The position numbers and the translations under genes are program-made. A stretch of DNA of 58,877 nt from Octopus bimaculoides (Eukaryota): contig NC_068984.1 in assembly GCF_001194135.2 (NCBI RefSeq), forward strand, positions 110,645,010 to 110,703,886, in the 5' to 3' direction. The notes beneath the pieces were generated by a model. It was not told the DNA's origin and did not search any database. It worked only from the letters and a program-made list of their open reading frames with translations. This document shows positions 11,556-24,953 of this stretch, in pieces. How positions within the stretch are numbered: position 1 is the first letter of the stretch; every line of letters begins with the position of its first letter.

Positions 11556-13188
11556 GGATGAACAGGCAACTGCTTGCATGTAAATAGCAGAGGGAGTGAT
11601 GCCAGATGAAGATTTAAAAAGAAGCAAGAGCAGATTGAAGTGACAGGGTGGCAGAGAAAGATGAAGTGCAAAGAGGTTGTTTAAAGGAGTAACTGAAGAG
11701 AGACTGAATGTTAGGGAATAATGAGAGGCACACAGTAATGATAATGGGTAATGGGAGAGAGACAATAATGGTAGCTGTCTATTTGCTAGTAAAGGAAATA
11801 GAGTAAGTGGTGGATAGTCATGGCATAATGGTAAAAGAAGCTGCAAGAAACTACTGGATATCAGTAACAAGTGATCTGGGTAAGAGGTATCGATGGCTAG
11901 CAATATAGTGGTGAGGTGAAGGTATGTCGGATATCAACTGATGCAACACAATTTCTCACTATACAAGTTTTATGATGGTTAGAGTAGGTGGGCATAGGGA
12001 AATTATTATCAATTCAATGGACCCAATGTCATCCCTCAATAGATGGTTAGCATCAACATCATCATCATTATTATCACCATTATCATTTTTCTGTTGTACC
12101 TGTATTTCAAAGGGCTAGCCTTGTCACACTCTATGTCATGCTGACTCGTCCATCGTTATGTTCTGAGTTCAAATTCTGCAGTGGTCTACTTTGCATTTTA
12201 TCCTTTCAGGGTTGATAGATATGTACCAGTTGAACTCTGAGGTCAATGTAAGAACCAAGTAGTCCTTTCCTTAGGAAATTTTAGATATTATGTCTATTGT
12301 AGAAAAACAAAAATGATAATAATGTATTCTATACAGACCTGCAATTCACATTGTATGAGCCAATGAGTGTGCTATTTAAAGGAGTTTTTGGCTTGCTAGA
12401 AATAACAGCCAATTCTTCATTGTAATGTCTTCAGAAAGGACATTACATAATTTTGTCCCGAGTACAATATTTCCAAAAACAAAAAGATCAACAAAAATAA
12501 TAATGAAAATAAAGACATGTATATGATAAAACTGTCTTTAGCAAGCTCAATAAAAGTTGACTTGGGGTTAAATAATATGAACAAATGATATTAAAGTTGT
12601 CATTCTCATTCATTATGGGCTGGCTTGCTTCGTTGATTTATTTTTTTAAAAATCTCAACAAACACTTGTTATTCTGTGAATTATAAATCTTTATTTCATC
12701 AGTCAGTCATATCAGTCATGTATAAAACAGGTTAATCTATTGTGTCATCACAATGCCAGTCTCTAACCTTTGTGACATTATGTAACTGTAATGTTTTTAT
12801 AAGTAGTATTTTTTATTCAATTATTCATGCATTGTATACATACATCCAAACATAAATCCATCAATACACACACACAGAGGAGGGAGTGGGGGAGAGAGAG
12901 AAGGAGAGGAAGATAGAGAAAGAGAGAGATATTTTTATTTATGTGTTTCAGCCAAGTGGCTGCGGTCATGCTGGTGCAGTACATTATATATATATATATA
13001 TATATATATAATACAAAATGGGACAACAAAACATCCAGATAGCCTATACAAAGAAAACAAGGATGGGTCATTCGAAGTTTTCTTTCCTCAGTTGAGTACC
13101 AGATTATCTTCGCAATTTCGGTTGATTATACTCGAGATTGCTCCAATCTGGCCAGCCCCAAGGTAAAACTAAGCTATATATACATACA

Positions 13189-13241
<53 letters not shown>

Positions 13242-13369
13242 TGGGGTGGCTGTTTGGTAAGAAACTTGCTCCCCAACTACTTGGTTCTAAGTTCAGTCCT
13301 TGGACAAGTGTCTTCTACTATAGCCCCAAGCTGGCCAAGGCCATGAGAGAAAGTAGTAGTGAAGTTGCC

Positions 13370-13600
13370 GTCTTGAGACATACTGACTCATAAGAAGCAG
13401 TTTCCCTGTTTCCATTGAATATATATTCCCCCCCCCCCCCTGGATGGGACACCAGTCCATCGCAGGATTACTCGTATTTGCCAGCTAAGTGGACTGAAGC
13501 AATGTGAAATGAAATATTTTGCTCAAGAATACAACCCATTGCCTGGTCCAGGAATTGAAATCACAGCCTTATCATGAGTCTAATGCCCTAACTGCTAAGC
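13370..13600 (-). mobile_element. MIR/CORE-like SINE (family E)
   Basis: GGACTG.AGCAA.GTGAAATGAAGTGT.TTGCTCAAGAACACAA motif shared with 16240-16420 and 58560-58745. Confidence 0.7.
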
Positions 13601-13707
13601 CTTACGCTTCTACTAAAGCCATGAGAGTGGATTTAGACAGAAACTGAAAGAAGCCCATGATATATATGTGTGTGTGCGTGTGCGTGCGTGTGTGTGTGTG
13701 TGTGTGC

Positions 13708-13741
<34 letters not shown>

Positions 13742-14399
13742 ATATGTGTGTGTGTGTGTGTGCATATATGTATGTGTCTTTGTGTTCGTTCCCCACTACT
13801 GCTTGATAACCAGTGTTAGCTTGTTTATGTTCCCATAATTTAGCAGTTCAGCAAAAGATGCCATTAGAACAAGTACCATACTTAAAAGAAAAAAAAACTA
13901 AAAAAAAAACTACTGAGGTTGATTTCTTTGATTAAAAACCGCCAAGGTGGTGCCCCCAGCATAGCTACAGTCCAATGTTTGAAACAAGTAAAGGATAAAA
14001 GATATTTCATACATGTGTATATTATATGGCAATACACCATGCTTGAGAAGGCCAGACCATAATTGTGGCTGGTGCCAGTGTTTCGTAACTGGCACCCATG
14101 CTGGTAGCACATGAAGAAAAAACGCCCACTACACTCTTAGAATGGTAGGCGTTAGGAAGTGCACCCAGTTGCAGAAACTATGCCAAATCAATTTGGAACC
14201 TGATGTGGCTCTCCAGTTTACCAGTTTTCAGTCAAGCTGTCCTAACCCATGCCAGCATGTTAAACGGACGTTAAGTGATGATGATGATGATGATTGTATG
14301 TATGTGTTTGTGTGTAAGTACTAAAATCAACAATATAGACTGTCCATCAATAAGAACTAATGACTGAGACTATGAAATGTCTTGAGCTATAATATCAGA

Positions 14400-14640
14400 A
14401 ATGAATCAAATCCCTCCTTTGTCTTCTGTCTTCAGCAGCTGTAGTCCACCTATGGGTACTCTTGTTTAACTGAGGCCTTCCTTGATTTCTCATGCCACCA
14501 AGGACACTGTGAATAGGGTATTTAGCTTTACAAACAAATTTTACTCATTATTTGGAATAGTTCAATCTAGCTGAGACTTTGTTGCACCAATTTCTCACCC
14601 AAGCAAGGGAAATTGTCTTTCTCTTGAATAAGAGTGTCCC
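14400..14640 (-). mobile_element. Decayed RTE-like LINE ORF 3' fragment
   Basis: Stop-ridden minus frame WKDKIRDTLIQEK...IPYSQCPWWHEKSRKASVKQ; loosely resembles an RTE C-terminus. Confidence 0.3.
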
Positions 14641-14654
14641 TGATCTTATCTTTC

Positions 14655-14965
14655 CATGTAATAGAAAGGTTGTGAGTTTGAATCCCGGACCGGGCTGCAT
14701 GTTGTGTTCTTGAGCAAGACACTTTATTTCACGTTGCTCCAGTTCACTCAGCTGTAGAAATGAGTTGCGATGTCACAGGTGCCAAGTTGTATCAGTCTTT
14801 GCCTTACCCTTGGATAACACTGGTGGCGTTGAGAGGGGAGGCCGGTATGCATGGGCGACTGCTGGTCTTCTATAAACAACTTTGCCCGGGCTTTTGTCTG
14901 GGAGAGTAACTTTCTAGGTGCAATCCCATGGCCAGTCATGATTGAAGGGGTCTCAGCAATGGGTG
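14655..14965 (+). mobile_element. tRNA-derived SINE (family D) with CORE/V-like central domain
   Basis: B-box GAGTTTGAATCCC followed by GTGTTCTTGAGCAAGACACTTTATTTCACGTTGCTCCAGTTCACTCAGCTGTAGAAATGAG. Confidence 0.75.
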
Positions 14966-15029
14966 CCACATCATGAAAGTATACATTATATATTTTACCT
15001 GGTTACAGCACATTGTCTGCCTGCATGAC

Positions 15030-15640
15030 CAGTCAATATAAAATAAAAAAGTGGATAATATTATTATTCAATATACTTTGCAATTCTCTTGGACCAAGAG
15101 GTGTTTGTTGCTCCACAATCATCTTCAACTTTCTAAATGGTAAGCTGGCCTTGCTCACCCTGCTCACCCTGCAGCCCAGTCTACCACCATTACTCAGAGT
15201 ATTTCTTAGATATAATGACCTGACTCTAGCAGCTCCTCCTCTTGGTATTGTTGGTTTTAAGGTTGTGTAACTTTTGGCTTCAATCAGGATTTGACTAATA
15301 AACAACTTCTGGATGTTATTTTCATTTCAAACTCTGTAGCTATAACCTTAAAACCATCTATAAAGCTCTATTTGTTGTCTTGTAACAATTACCAGCAAAC
15401 AACAATTCTTTCATTAATACGATGGGGTGTTGAAAGGTTCCTGGTTTTGGGTAAAAGAAATTATAGGAATATCAGTTAATTATGATTTTATTGAACATGT
15501 TCCCCTCTCAGATTCATGCACATATTGCAGTGGTTTTTGAATTTTTCAAAACCCTGTAAAAGAACTCAGAAGGTTGGGCCTCTAAGCAAGCTTTTTGTAA
15601 TACCCTTAGTGCTAGGAACTTTTCAGTGCCTCCTTGCACA
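15030..15640 (-). mobile_element. Mariner-like element remnants (HTH fragment plus TA-CGATGGGGTG terminal sequence at about 15418)
   Basis: LKMIVEQQTPLGPRELQSILN resembles the mariner LK.LVE.DP..T.RELA..L helix; adjacent TACGATGGGGTGTTGAAAGGTTCCTGG resembles a mariner TIR. Confidence 0.45.
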
Positions 15641-16469
15641 TGTGTATTCACAGTCTAAGCTTTTAAGTGCAGCACCTAAAGCTGGTTAGCATCAGATTAC
15701 ATTTGTTTGTACACATAATCATTTATGATGTACAATACTTTGTCAAGCATCACTGTCTAGCAAAATGAGAATAAAGCTGAAGTTATTTCAACTGTAACAT
15801 CAAACTGTACAGAGCTAGAGTCAATCTGCATGACTGAACCTTCATGCCAGTGTATAGAAATTCATTCATAGGAGTGAAATCTCCTGGTGTTTATGCTTTC
15901 TGATTATCTGCCACAAGCTTCATTAATTTATTGTGTTGAATGTCTTCTTTGTCAAATAAGCAAAAACTGCATATGATACACTGTTCTCCTTCACACATTT
16001 TTTCCCAGATCTATTGAAAGCAGAGCGCCATAACTGTGTTCTTACCTTTCTGGTGTTTTGTTCTTTTTCTCAGTCTGTTGAGAAAATATCAGTAAATCCT
16101 TTGAGAAAATATCAGTAAATCCTTCAGACTTATACTTAGCCTTCGTTGTGTGTCCCTCGGATTCATACAACCTTAACCTGACCCATTTTCCACAATGTGT
16201 AAGTAACTGCGATTACAACACTCTCTTATCTGAATAGAATGACTGTCCATTGCAGGACTAATTTCCCAGCTGTTCCTGGAACACATTTACCAGTGAGTGG
16301 ACTAAGAGAAGGTGAAAACGAAGTGCTTTTCTCAAGAACACAATGCACCACTTGGTCTAGGAGTCAAAATCACAATCAAGCAATTAAGAGTGTGACACTG
16401 TAACATCTAGGCCATGTGCCTTCACAAAGTCTTGCAAGGAGAAATCCTTTGATAGTTTTTGTATTCAAT

Positions 16470-16680
16470 CCTTTAGTTCTTTAGTTCTTCTTGAATTTTC
16501 CAGTCCTGTGAGTTGTCATCAATCTCCCATGATTGCAACAACTTGTGGGTTCTACACCTCCATTTTCTATTTGTCTGCTGGAATGCTATCCACTCCTGGA
16601 ATTCTATATCTTTGAGTAGTCTAGTTGTAACCACTACCTCCTCTACACATAACAGACCAATCAAATTTTGATGCATTTTT
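16470..16680 (-). mobile_element. RTE-like LINE reverse-transcriptase fragment
   Basis: Frameshifted PGVDSIPADK...THKLLQSWEIDDNSQDWK corresponds to APG.DGIPAE...LH.L...IW..E.IPQDWK at the N-terminus of the RT domain. Confidence 0.7.
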
Positions 16681-17959
16681 GACTAATCATATCTTAATAT
16701 TTTTGTGAAAACTTTTGTTCATATAATTTCATGGTGCTTCCAGATACATACATTTGAGCATTTGGAATGTTAGAATTCAGAATTTCGATTCAAGCTTCTT
16801 CAGATTTTAATGAAATACGTGCACGTATATATNNNNNNNNNNNNNNNNNNNNNNNNNNNNNNNNNNNNNNNNNNNNNNNNNNNNNNNNNNNNNNNNNNNN
16901 NNNNNNNNNNNNNNNNNNNNNNNNNNNNNNNNNNNNNNNNNNATATATATATATATATATATACATATAAACATACATGTACATATTTACATATATGTCT
17001 GTTAAGGAGTCTGCCTGTGTGTGAATGTATTCATGTATAAATGTTTTCATATATATATTTATATATAAATTTCATATATGCCTACATATGCATGTGTGTG
17101 TGTGTACAGTATATGCACATACATACAAGCATAAATACATACATGTGTACGTTCATGCATATTTATTACTTATTTGCTTATTGCTTATATGTGTGCTCAT
17201 TGATAAACCAATGAATATGATTTTCTATGAGAAGGCATCTTCTTAGCAAACTGGTGACATTTTTCCTGATATTCTAGACACTTCCGATTTACATTGTTAA
17301 ATGCCATCAACAACTGCATTAATACTTGCTTAAGTGCACTCCAATATCTGCAGGCTTATTAAAGATATATAATTTTTACTAAGATGTTTTTTTTCTACTT
17401 CATTTTTGAATTTTATTTTTGCAACTAATTAAAAATGTATGGATCTTCAGTTCAACGACATCTTTACTGGATGACCTTCAACTCATCACAATTTTTGGGT
17501 AGTTGCGCAACTCACTTTTCTCATCTAATGTGATGTATAAATAATTTGAGAATGAATATTGAATTTCTACTTTGGAATCAATGTCTTTGATTTATAATTC
17601 CATCTACAGACATATGGAGGTGTATTAGTGTTAGCTAAATTAACTTGCTTGCTATTTGTTAATGAAAAATTAGACAAAACCTAGAGCTCTATACAATGAG
17701 TATATTAGATACTTGATGAGTGTTTTTCATTATCAAGTAATGTGACTTTAAAGGAAAAATAATACCTTACTGTGTCTATAATTTGATCAGATATCCATAT
17801 GAAAACAAGGTTATCCATAGTATGTCTATGATAAACAAGCTATGTGAATAAAAATTACATTTATATTTAAAGAGATTTGTTGCATAAGGCTAGAACAATG
17901 TGAAAAGATATAGAGTAGAATACAAAAAGTAAAGGACACAGAACAAAGCAAATTTGTAG

Positions 17960-18340
17960 TATTGCCTTATATTTCTATATTTTGGGGCTATAACCCCTTC
18001 TTCAGGACATTTGGAAAAGCAAGAGATGGAAAAGGTTGTTGAGGAGGAAGGAGGAGGTGACATGTGCAGACTGGTGTTGCCATATTAACCGATCTGCTTC
18101 ATGTAATGCCTTCCTGTTGTTTATGGCAGGTTGCAGTGTGTTGAAAAGGAGGGCATCTATGGTTCTGAGATTACCCCTGTTGCATTGAGTGTCTCCGATG
18201 GATAACTTGAAATCCTGAGTCTGGCACTTGCTTAGGTGTTTTTGCTTTTACTGAAATGTCTGTGTTTGTATATTCTTTTATTCAAATGTGCAATTTCCTG
18301 GTGGTGTTTCCAATGTAGAATACCCAACATTTACTTCAAA
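17960..18340 (-). mobile_element. Penelope-like element 3' fragment: decayed GIY-YIG C-terminus followed by HHR core
   Basis: Minus frame ...KHLSKCQTQDFKL...GNLRTIDALLFNTLQPAINNRK, then CTGAAGA-A-GGGG-TTATAG-CCCC-AAAA-TAT-AGAA-ATAT-A at about 17965-18005. Confidence 0.6.
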
Positions 18341-19429
18341 CTACTTCATACACTATGCAGGCTCTTGAGTACATTCATATATGATAATTATGATGATCTA
18401 TATATGATCATTTATTATTATTTTAGACCTGCTTTCCATGCTGATGCGACCCTGGCCACTTTGACAAATATCCAATGGATTTAAGAACTGTGTCAGACTG
18501 TATTGTATCTGTTCTGTTTTTTTTTTTTTTTTTGCAAGGTTTCTATGGTTGGATGTTTTCCCTCTTTCATTACAATGTGGAAAATCCTTCACTTTCATTC
18601 TGAACATAATCTACCAAAGCAACATTTGTGTTTACACTGACACACTGCAATCTGGGGCCTCTGATTTCCTCATTGTAAAACTTAAACCCCTAATTCTCAC
18701 ATTGTAGCTCATTTTCAAGCTAGCTTCTTTTCTTCTTACCCAATATTATTCCTTGCTCTTCCCCTTTAGCCAATATTTCCAGATCCTTTCCCTAACATTT
18801 AAAGTACTTCAACAGCATCATTCCACTGCCATGCTACTTTCAGTCTGGCTAGTACCTTGTTTCATTTACAGATCTGGTCAGTGGCTCATTTAAGGTTCTT
18901 TTACAGAAGCTCAGTTTTCCATTGTGTGATAGTTATCCATCTTTTATGTTATTGCCACACATCACCTAAAACATCTCATATTGAGAAGAGCAGAGATGAG
19001 ATTCTTGTGTCCTATGTAGGTCTAAGAGCCCATAAAAATGCATATCAATGTATTAGGTTATATAAGATTAGCTACAAACTAGTAAGTTAAACTCACATTG
19101 AGGTAACTTAAATAACAGAACTAGTTCTCACATATTCTTTTATTCATTTATTCTTTTACTTGTTTCAGTCATTTCACTGTGACCATGCTGGAGCACCACC
19201 TTTAGTCGAATGAATTGACCCCTGGACTTATTCTTTCAAGATCGGTTGTCAATTGATGGTGGAGGGACAAACACAGACACACAAACACACACACACACAC
19301 ACACACACCCGATGGGCTTCTTTCAGTTTCTGTCTATCAAATCCACTCACAAGGCTTTGATTGGCCCGAGGCTATAGCATTGAGGGGGTGGGGCACTAGG
19401 AATGTGGCTTGAGTGCCAAGGTAGTGGGG

Positions 19430-20520
19430 CAGCCCCCAGAAATTTGGGACTGTTGCTCTATAGCATAACAATATGGGTTACCAAGAATTCGGTACTTATG
19501 AGTTTGCCACGAATGTACAAAAATAATCCCAGGGGAAAGTTCTTCCAATGAAGACTTCATGTAGAATTCCAGCTTACCCTTAGAATTCTATGAACTAAAT
19601 TCCATGGAATTTTTATCGTATCAGAGCTCACGACCAGCCTTCTAATACCATTTTTCTTCAACAGTTTATGGTTCAGCAAGTCATAGAATGTTTTAAGAAA
19701 GTTTATACAAGCCATCTAATCAGGGTTAATTTTGAAGTGACTTTGTTTAATGATTTAATGTTAAAAGAATTTTGGAGTAATCACTCCACAACTGCAGATG
19801 CTAAATGTAATATTTAATGGTGAAATCAAAGAGGTTTAGATGTAAAGTGAGGCTTGAAGTTTTCTTGAAGAGTGTTGTCGCCTAATCTTGTCTCTTCAAT
19901 GGATTTTGAAATGTTTTGCATCAAGGCCTTATTGTCAAGGAAATTGTATGTTTGTATATTTCTATGAACTAGGAGATGAATGTAGAAGACAACAAAACAA
20001 ATGACTTTGTTAACAAGTATAGATTTTTGCACACAACATGCAGATGTAAGTGCTACCAGTTGAAAGCTCTGCATACTGGATGCTAGCAAATTTATTGGGT
20101 TATCAGGAGAGATGCCAAAACTCTAAATAGGAAAATGAACCATATCAGAGAAGAGTTGATTGAGTTTTGCCATGAGCTCACAGACATTGTAAGCATGCAT
20201 CAACTTATTTTAAAAGATGCTGAACCATTTTAAGGGGTGAGCCATTGCCTTTTTACAAGTGTTGTAATATTTTGTGAACAGTCTAAAAGAACAGGCTGCA
20301 ACAATCTGGATTATTTCTTTAGAACCTTCTACTTCTGTTTATTTTATCTTTGATACCAAATGATTCAGATGATCTTCTTGCTGCAGAAAGTAATTCTCAT
20401 CAGAGATTTAGAAAAGATGGCTTGTCTTTCTGCACAATAATTTCCCTCTTCTCGAGCACAATGCCTGTTAAGCAGCTTGCCAAACTCAAGTCCTCTACTA
20501 TAGGATTTTCAATTGCTGAT
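19430..20520 (-). pseudogene. Decayed CR1/L2/Jockey-group LINE RT domain
   Basis: Collinear degenerate RT landmarks on the minus strand across frameshifts: AHPLKWFSIF, QENFK (QHGFR-like), CINFLKTF..LLKKNGI (FLDF.KAFD-like), AGILHE (SGVPQGS-like), PYCYAIE (YADD-like). Only 4 stops in about 230 codons in one frame. Confidence 0.55.
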
Positions 20521-20994
20521 TTTTAATTTTTCTTTCTTTGAATTTTTAATATGCTTTTTAACCCCTTTGTTACCATTTTTCTTTTGAGATACATTGCCTC
20601 TATTTCAATTAATTTTGATAATAATAACAAATATAGTAAAATAACTTAGTTATTGTTGAGGTCATAAGAATTTATAAACTTCAAGAGAATATGCAATAAT
20701 TCTTTCTGGAATGTTGGATCTTGAAGCAGATAAGCTATAAATAATAAATAGCATGTAAATATTTGGCTGCGTTGATGTCAGAAGGGTTAAAATATAATTT
20801 TGTGTCCATAAGTATATGTGTAATTATATGAAGGCTAAATGTCATATAGAATTATATCCCTTTAAAGATATGTATCCAAGTGAATGTTGAAACTAGCCGT
20901 GAGTTTAATTAAATGACTGATTATTATTAAGTTTATGTATTTGTTTTGCAAGATTCTTGATGTGAAATTGTGTGTTGAAACAGGTTTTGTTTAT

Positions 20995-21345
20995 TTATCA
21001 GAGTTCTTTTGTCACAGATTCTGCAAACTCTTCACTGACTCTGTTCTTCTCCATGCCTCCTCATGTTCTCTCTATTCCATTTTATCTTTCTGTAGAACGT
21101 ATCTCTATCTGTTCATGCAGCATAACAATGTTATATACAAATCTATACACATGCACACAAGATATATGTATACATGCTAAACATATAGACACACAGAGAC
21201 ACAGAAGCAAATGCATACATACCATAGAAAGACAAGATGGAATGGACAGAACTAGGCCTAAGAGAAAAGGAGGCATGGAGAAGAAGAACAGATAGTCATT
21301 GAAAACATCGCAGAATGTGTGACAAAAGAACCCTGACAAATAAAC
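20995..21345. repeat. Inverted pair (about 100 bp arms) of a PLE-associated, HHR-bearing repeat family
   Basis: About 20998-21100 is the reverse complement of about 21220-21340 (GTTCTTTTGTCACA.ATTCTGC...TCTGTTCTTCTCCATGCCTCC); homologous to 48161-48210 and 23720-23760. Confidence 0.75.
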
Positions 21346-22327
21346 AATAGTTAATAATAATAAAACTAAAGTGAAAAATCAAATATATAGTGTATAATGA
21401 CCATTCTTGAATATAACATCATTAATCATTATGATTATAATGTGTAGTTCAATATTTGCATATGTGGCTGTTTGGATGTATGTTTGGTTCTGGAAATTGG
21501 GTTCAGTCCCACTGTATGGCACCTTGGACATATGTCATCTACTGTAGCCCCAGTTGACCAAAGTGTTGAAAGTGAATTTGATAGATGAGAACTGATATCA
21601 TGAGATAGTTTTCAATGAGTGTCACCAATTATATAAGGCAAACAGCATCCTTCATTTCCCGTCTTCTGTGAAAACGTGTCTGGCCATGAGAAATTATTAC
21701 CTTACTCAGAAACAAGTTAGGGTTGGCAACAGGAAGGGCGTCCAGCCATACAAAACCTGCCTAAGCCATGTGAGCATGGCAATGTGGAGGTTAAAATGAC
21801 AATGACAGTGATAATGACAATAACGATGATGATGTTGATGATGATGATGATTCATTATTATTATTTTAATGAATTACTTTTTTCACTTTATATATATTAT
21901 TTTGGATATTTACTATTTAGTAACACATGTCTATATATTATATAAATGTTTATTCTAATATCTGTTAGCTTTTAAGTTTTGCATCTTCATAGAAAGGAGA
22001 TCACTTAGTTGACATGTAGATTATCCCTTTATTAATGTAATCTTTCTGCTCATTTATTTTCTTAATTTATTATCTTATTAAACAGCTATAAAATAGCTTT
22101 TATTACGTAAGTTTAAGTATTTATTGATAATTTGTATTATATTAATTTTTAAAAAGACATTTGGGATGCAAGTCATTATGACTTGATTGTAATTTCGGCA
22201 CCAATTATCCTGAAATGTATGTTTGTATGAGTGTGTGGGAGTGCGTGTGTGTTTGATGTATGTATATATGTGTGCATATGTACATACAGACACACATATA
22301 TTATACACACAGATATGAATAGGCATA

Positions 22328-22413
<86 letters not shown>

Positions 22414-22789
22414 NNNNNNNNNNNNNNNNNNNNNNNNNNNNNNNNNNNNNNNNNNNNNNNNNNNNNNNNNNNNNNNNNNNNNNNNNNNNNNNNNNNNNNN
22501 NNNNNNNNNNNNNNNNNNNNNNNNNNNNNNNNNNNNNNNNNNNNNNNNNNNNNNNNNNNNNNNNNNNNNNNNNNNNNNNNNNNNNNNNNNNNNNNNNNNN
22601 NNNNNNNNNNNNNNNNNNNNNNNNNNNNNNNNNNNNNNNNNNNNNNNNNNNNNNNNNNNNNNNNNNNNNNNNNNNNNNNNNNNNNNNNNNNNNNNNNNNN
22701 NNNNNNNNNNNNNNNNNNNNNNNNNNNNNNNNNNNNNNNNNNNNNNNNNNNNNNNNNNNNNNNNNNNNNNNNNNNNNTATATATATATA

Positions 22790-22837
<48 letters not shown>

Positions 22838-22894
22838 CATATTTTTATGTACATATATACACAACACACGCATACACATCCAATCCATTAACAA

Positions 22895-23290
22895 CCCAAG
22901 ATTTTTGAGGAAAACACTAGATAAAGTAAATCTACCGATTAAAGCAGTAGAAAGGCTAGGAACCCCCATAAAATCCCTGATCTGTAGAACAAAGCCATTC
23001 AAAAGGACCCTATGTATGGAGAACAGTTGTATAGCATGTAGGATGAGCCTACAGATTAACTGTAAGAATAGGAATGTTGTGTATAGCATGCTGAAGGATG
23101 GTGCAGAAACAAAACCAACACAACAAATTACATTGAGGAGACAGCTTGTAGCATAGGTGAGCGGCTAGATGAATACTGGCTGGAGCTCAAGGAGAAAAGC
23201 TTGTCAGTGCTCTACCAACATGCTCAGTTAGAACACAGAGACTCAGTTAATAATATAGAGCAGGCACAACACGAAGATTGATTACAGAGG
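22895..23290 (+). mobile_element. Penelope-like element GIY-YIG endonuclease fragment
   Basis: CMENSCIAC...NCKNRNVVYSM, frameshift, then NYIEETACSIGERLDEYW...SVLYQHAQLEH: PLE CxxxxCxxC / NVVY / YIGET / H motifs. Confidence 0.85.
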
Positions 23291-23918
23291 CCATACATAT
23301 AGTAATAGACAGATTGAGCCTCATCAGAAAACACAAATGGAACAATAACACCCCACCTAAACATTATGCAACATAATGACTAGAGACAGAATGGGAGAAA
23401 AAAAAAGACACATGTACAAACAGTATAATGCATAAACCCGTATACACACACACACAAAAAGCACACATACACACTCCTGGGATGTAATAGAGAAAATAGA
23501 TAAGTACATAAATGAAGAAAAATAAATAAAAGGCATGGAACATGCAGTATATTAAGCAAACCCATATACGCACACACAGAACACACATACAAAACACAAG
23601 ACATAGACATGTGCACACACACACACAGATACAACTGCAAACACACGTACAGATTAGGATATACACCATAGAAAGCAGAATGGACTAAACAGAGCAGGAG
23701 ACATGTACAATGCAAAATTGCTGCAGAAGCACACGATGTATGATGAAAGATTTTGAGACAATGGACAATAAAGTAAGGACAGTAAAATATCTGAAGTGAT
23801 GAACAAATATGGTGCATGTGTTTATTTGGAAAAACCATAATGACCGTTCTGAAATATAACAATATCTATCTATCTATCTATCTATCTATATGCATGTATA
23901 TATGTATGAATGTTTGTA

Positions 23919-23974
<56 letters not shown>

Positions 23975-23992
23975 CATATACACACACACATA

Positions 23993-24891
23993 TACATGGT
24001 TTGATCCAATAAGTATCTGGACTGTTACCATAGTAACGAAGCTAAAACATGCAGAGTAAAGCTACTTGGCATAGATTAACCTTGAACTCTGTTGAGCATG
24101 TGCACTAAAATTTAACATTCTACCTCAATTCTGCTGTTTACAGCAGTGCTTGGAAGGAAGGTGTGTAGCATGTGATTGTTGCATTGACAATGACAAAGAA
24201 AGTTGAGCAGAGAATCTGCACCAAATTTTGCCAAAAGCTTTGCAATAACTGCTCAGAGGCCTACATGAAATTTTCAATGAGTTTTCTTCGTTCTCGACTC
24301 AATCAAGGAGATCTTAGGCAACTGAAATCTGAGTGTGTCTTTGGTCAGCTGGAAACAGTTTTGGTGCAAACTTGGCAGACATGCCTCTCATACCCAAATC
24401 TTCTGTGATAATGGACTGAACTGAACTGTAACTAATCTTCACATCCTGTGATAACTCATAGATGGGGATTCAACGATTTCCCCACACAACTGCACTCACA
24501 TCTGCGATGTTTTTCTCAGTTCTGCTGGTTTCATGTCTCCCAGAACATTCATCAATATCAACATTTTTCGACTATTTTGGAAATGTCTAAACCACTTGTA
24601 CATTTGTGTGTGGCTCATACACTCTTCTCCATACACTTTCTGCAACTTTGCATAGGCCTCTGAGCAGGTATCACCATGTCAACTTTCTCTGTCATGGTCA
24701 ATGTGATGATCACACACTACACACCTTCCTTCCAACCACTGCTGTAAACAGCAGAATTGAGCTAGAACATTAAAACTTAGTGCATATGCACAGCAGAGTT
24801 TAAGGTCAATCTTTGCCAAGTGGCTTCACCTTGCATACTTTAGCCTCTTTACTATGGCAACAGTCTAAATACTTATTGATCGGACCTTGTA
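23993..24891. mobile_element. Mariner-derived foldback element: two inverted left ends (about 275 bp) enclosing transposase 5' coding region
   Basis: 23993-24270 (+) and 24655-24891 (-) are inverted copies. MTKKVEQRICTKFCQKL on +; TCSEAYAKLQKVYGEECMSHTQMYKWFRHFQNSRKNVD..SGR..MSAKFAPKL on -. TA at both ends. Confidence 0.88.
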
Positions 24892-24953
24892 TATATATGT
24901 GTGTGTGTGTATGTGTGTGTGTGTGTATTTGTCTAAACACACACACATATATA

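Noticed and set aside
13060-13095. Minus-strand CTGAGGA-AAG-AAAA-CTT-CGAAT as a hammerhead
   Set aside because: The second box is GAAT with an extra base, and stems I and III are not recoverable.
19960-20500. Plus-strand motifs resembling Polinton PolB (IREELIEFC) or an Academ-like transposase (DLLAAES)
   Set aside because: The collinear series of LINE RT landmarks on the minus strand explains the region better.
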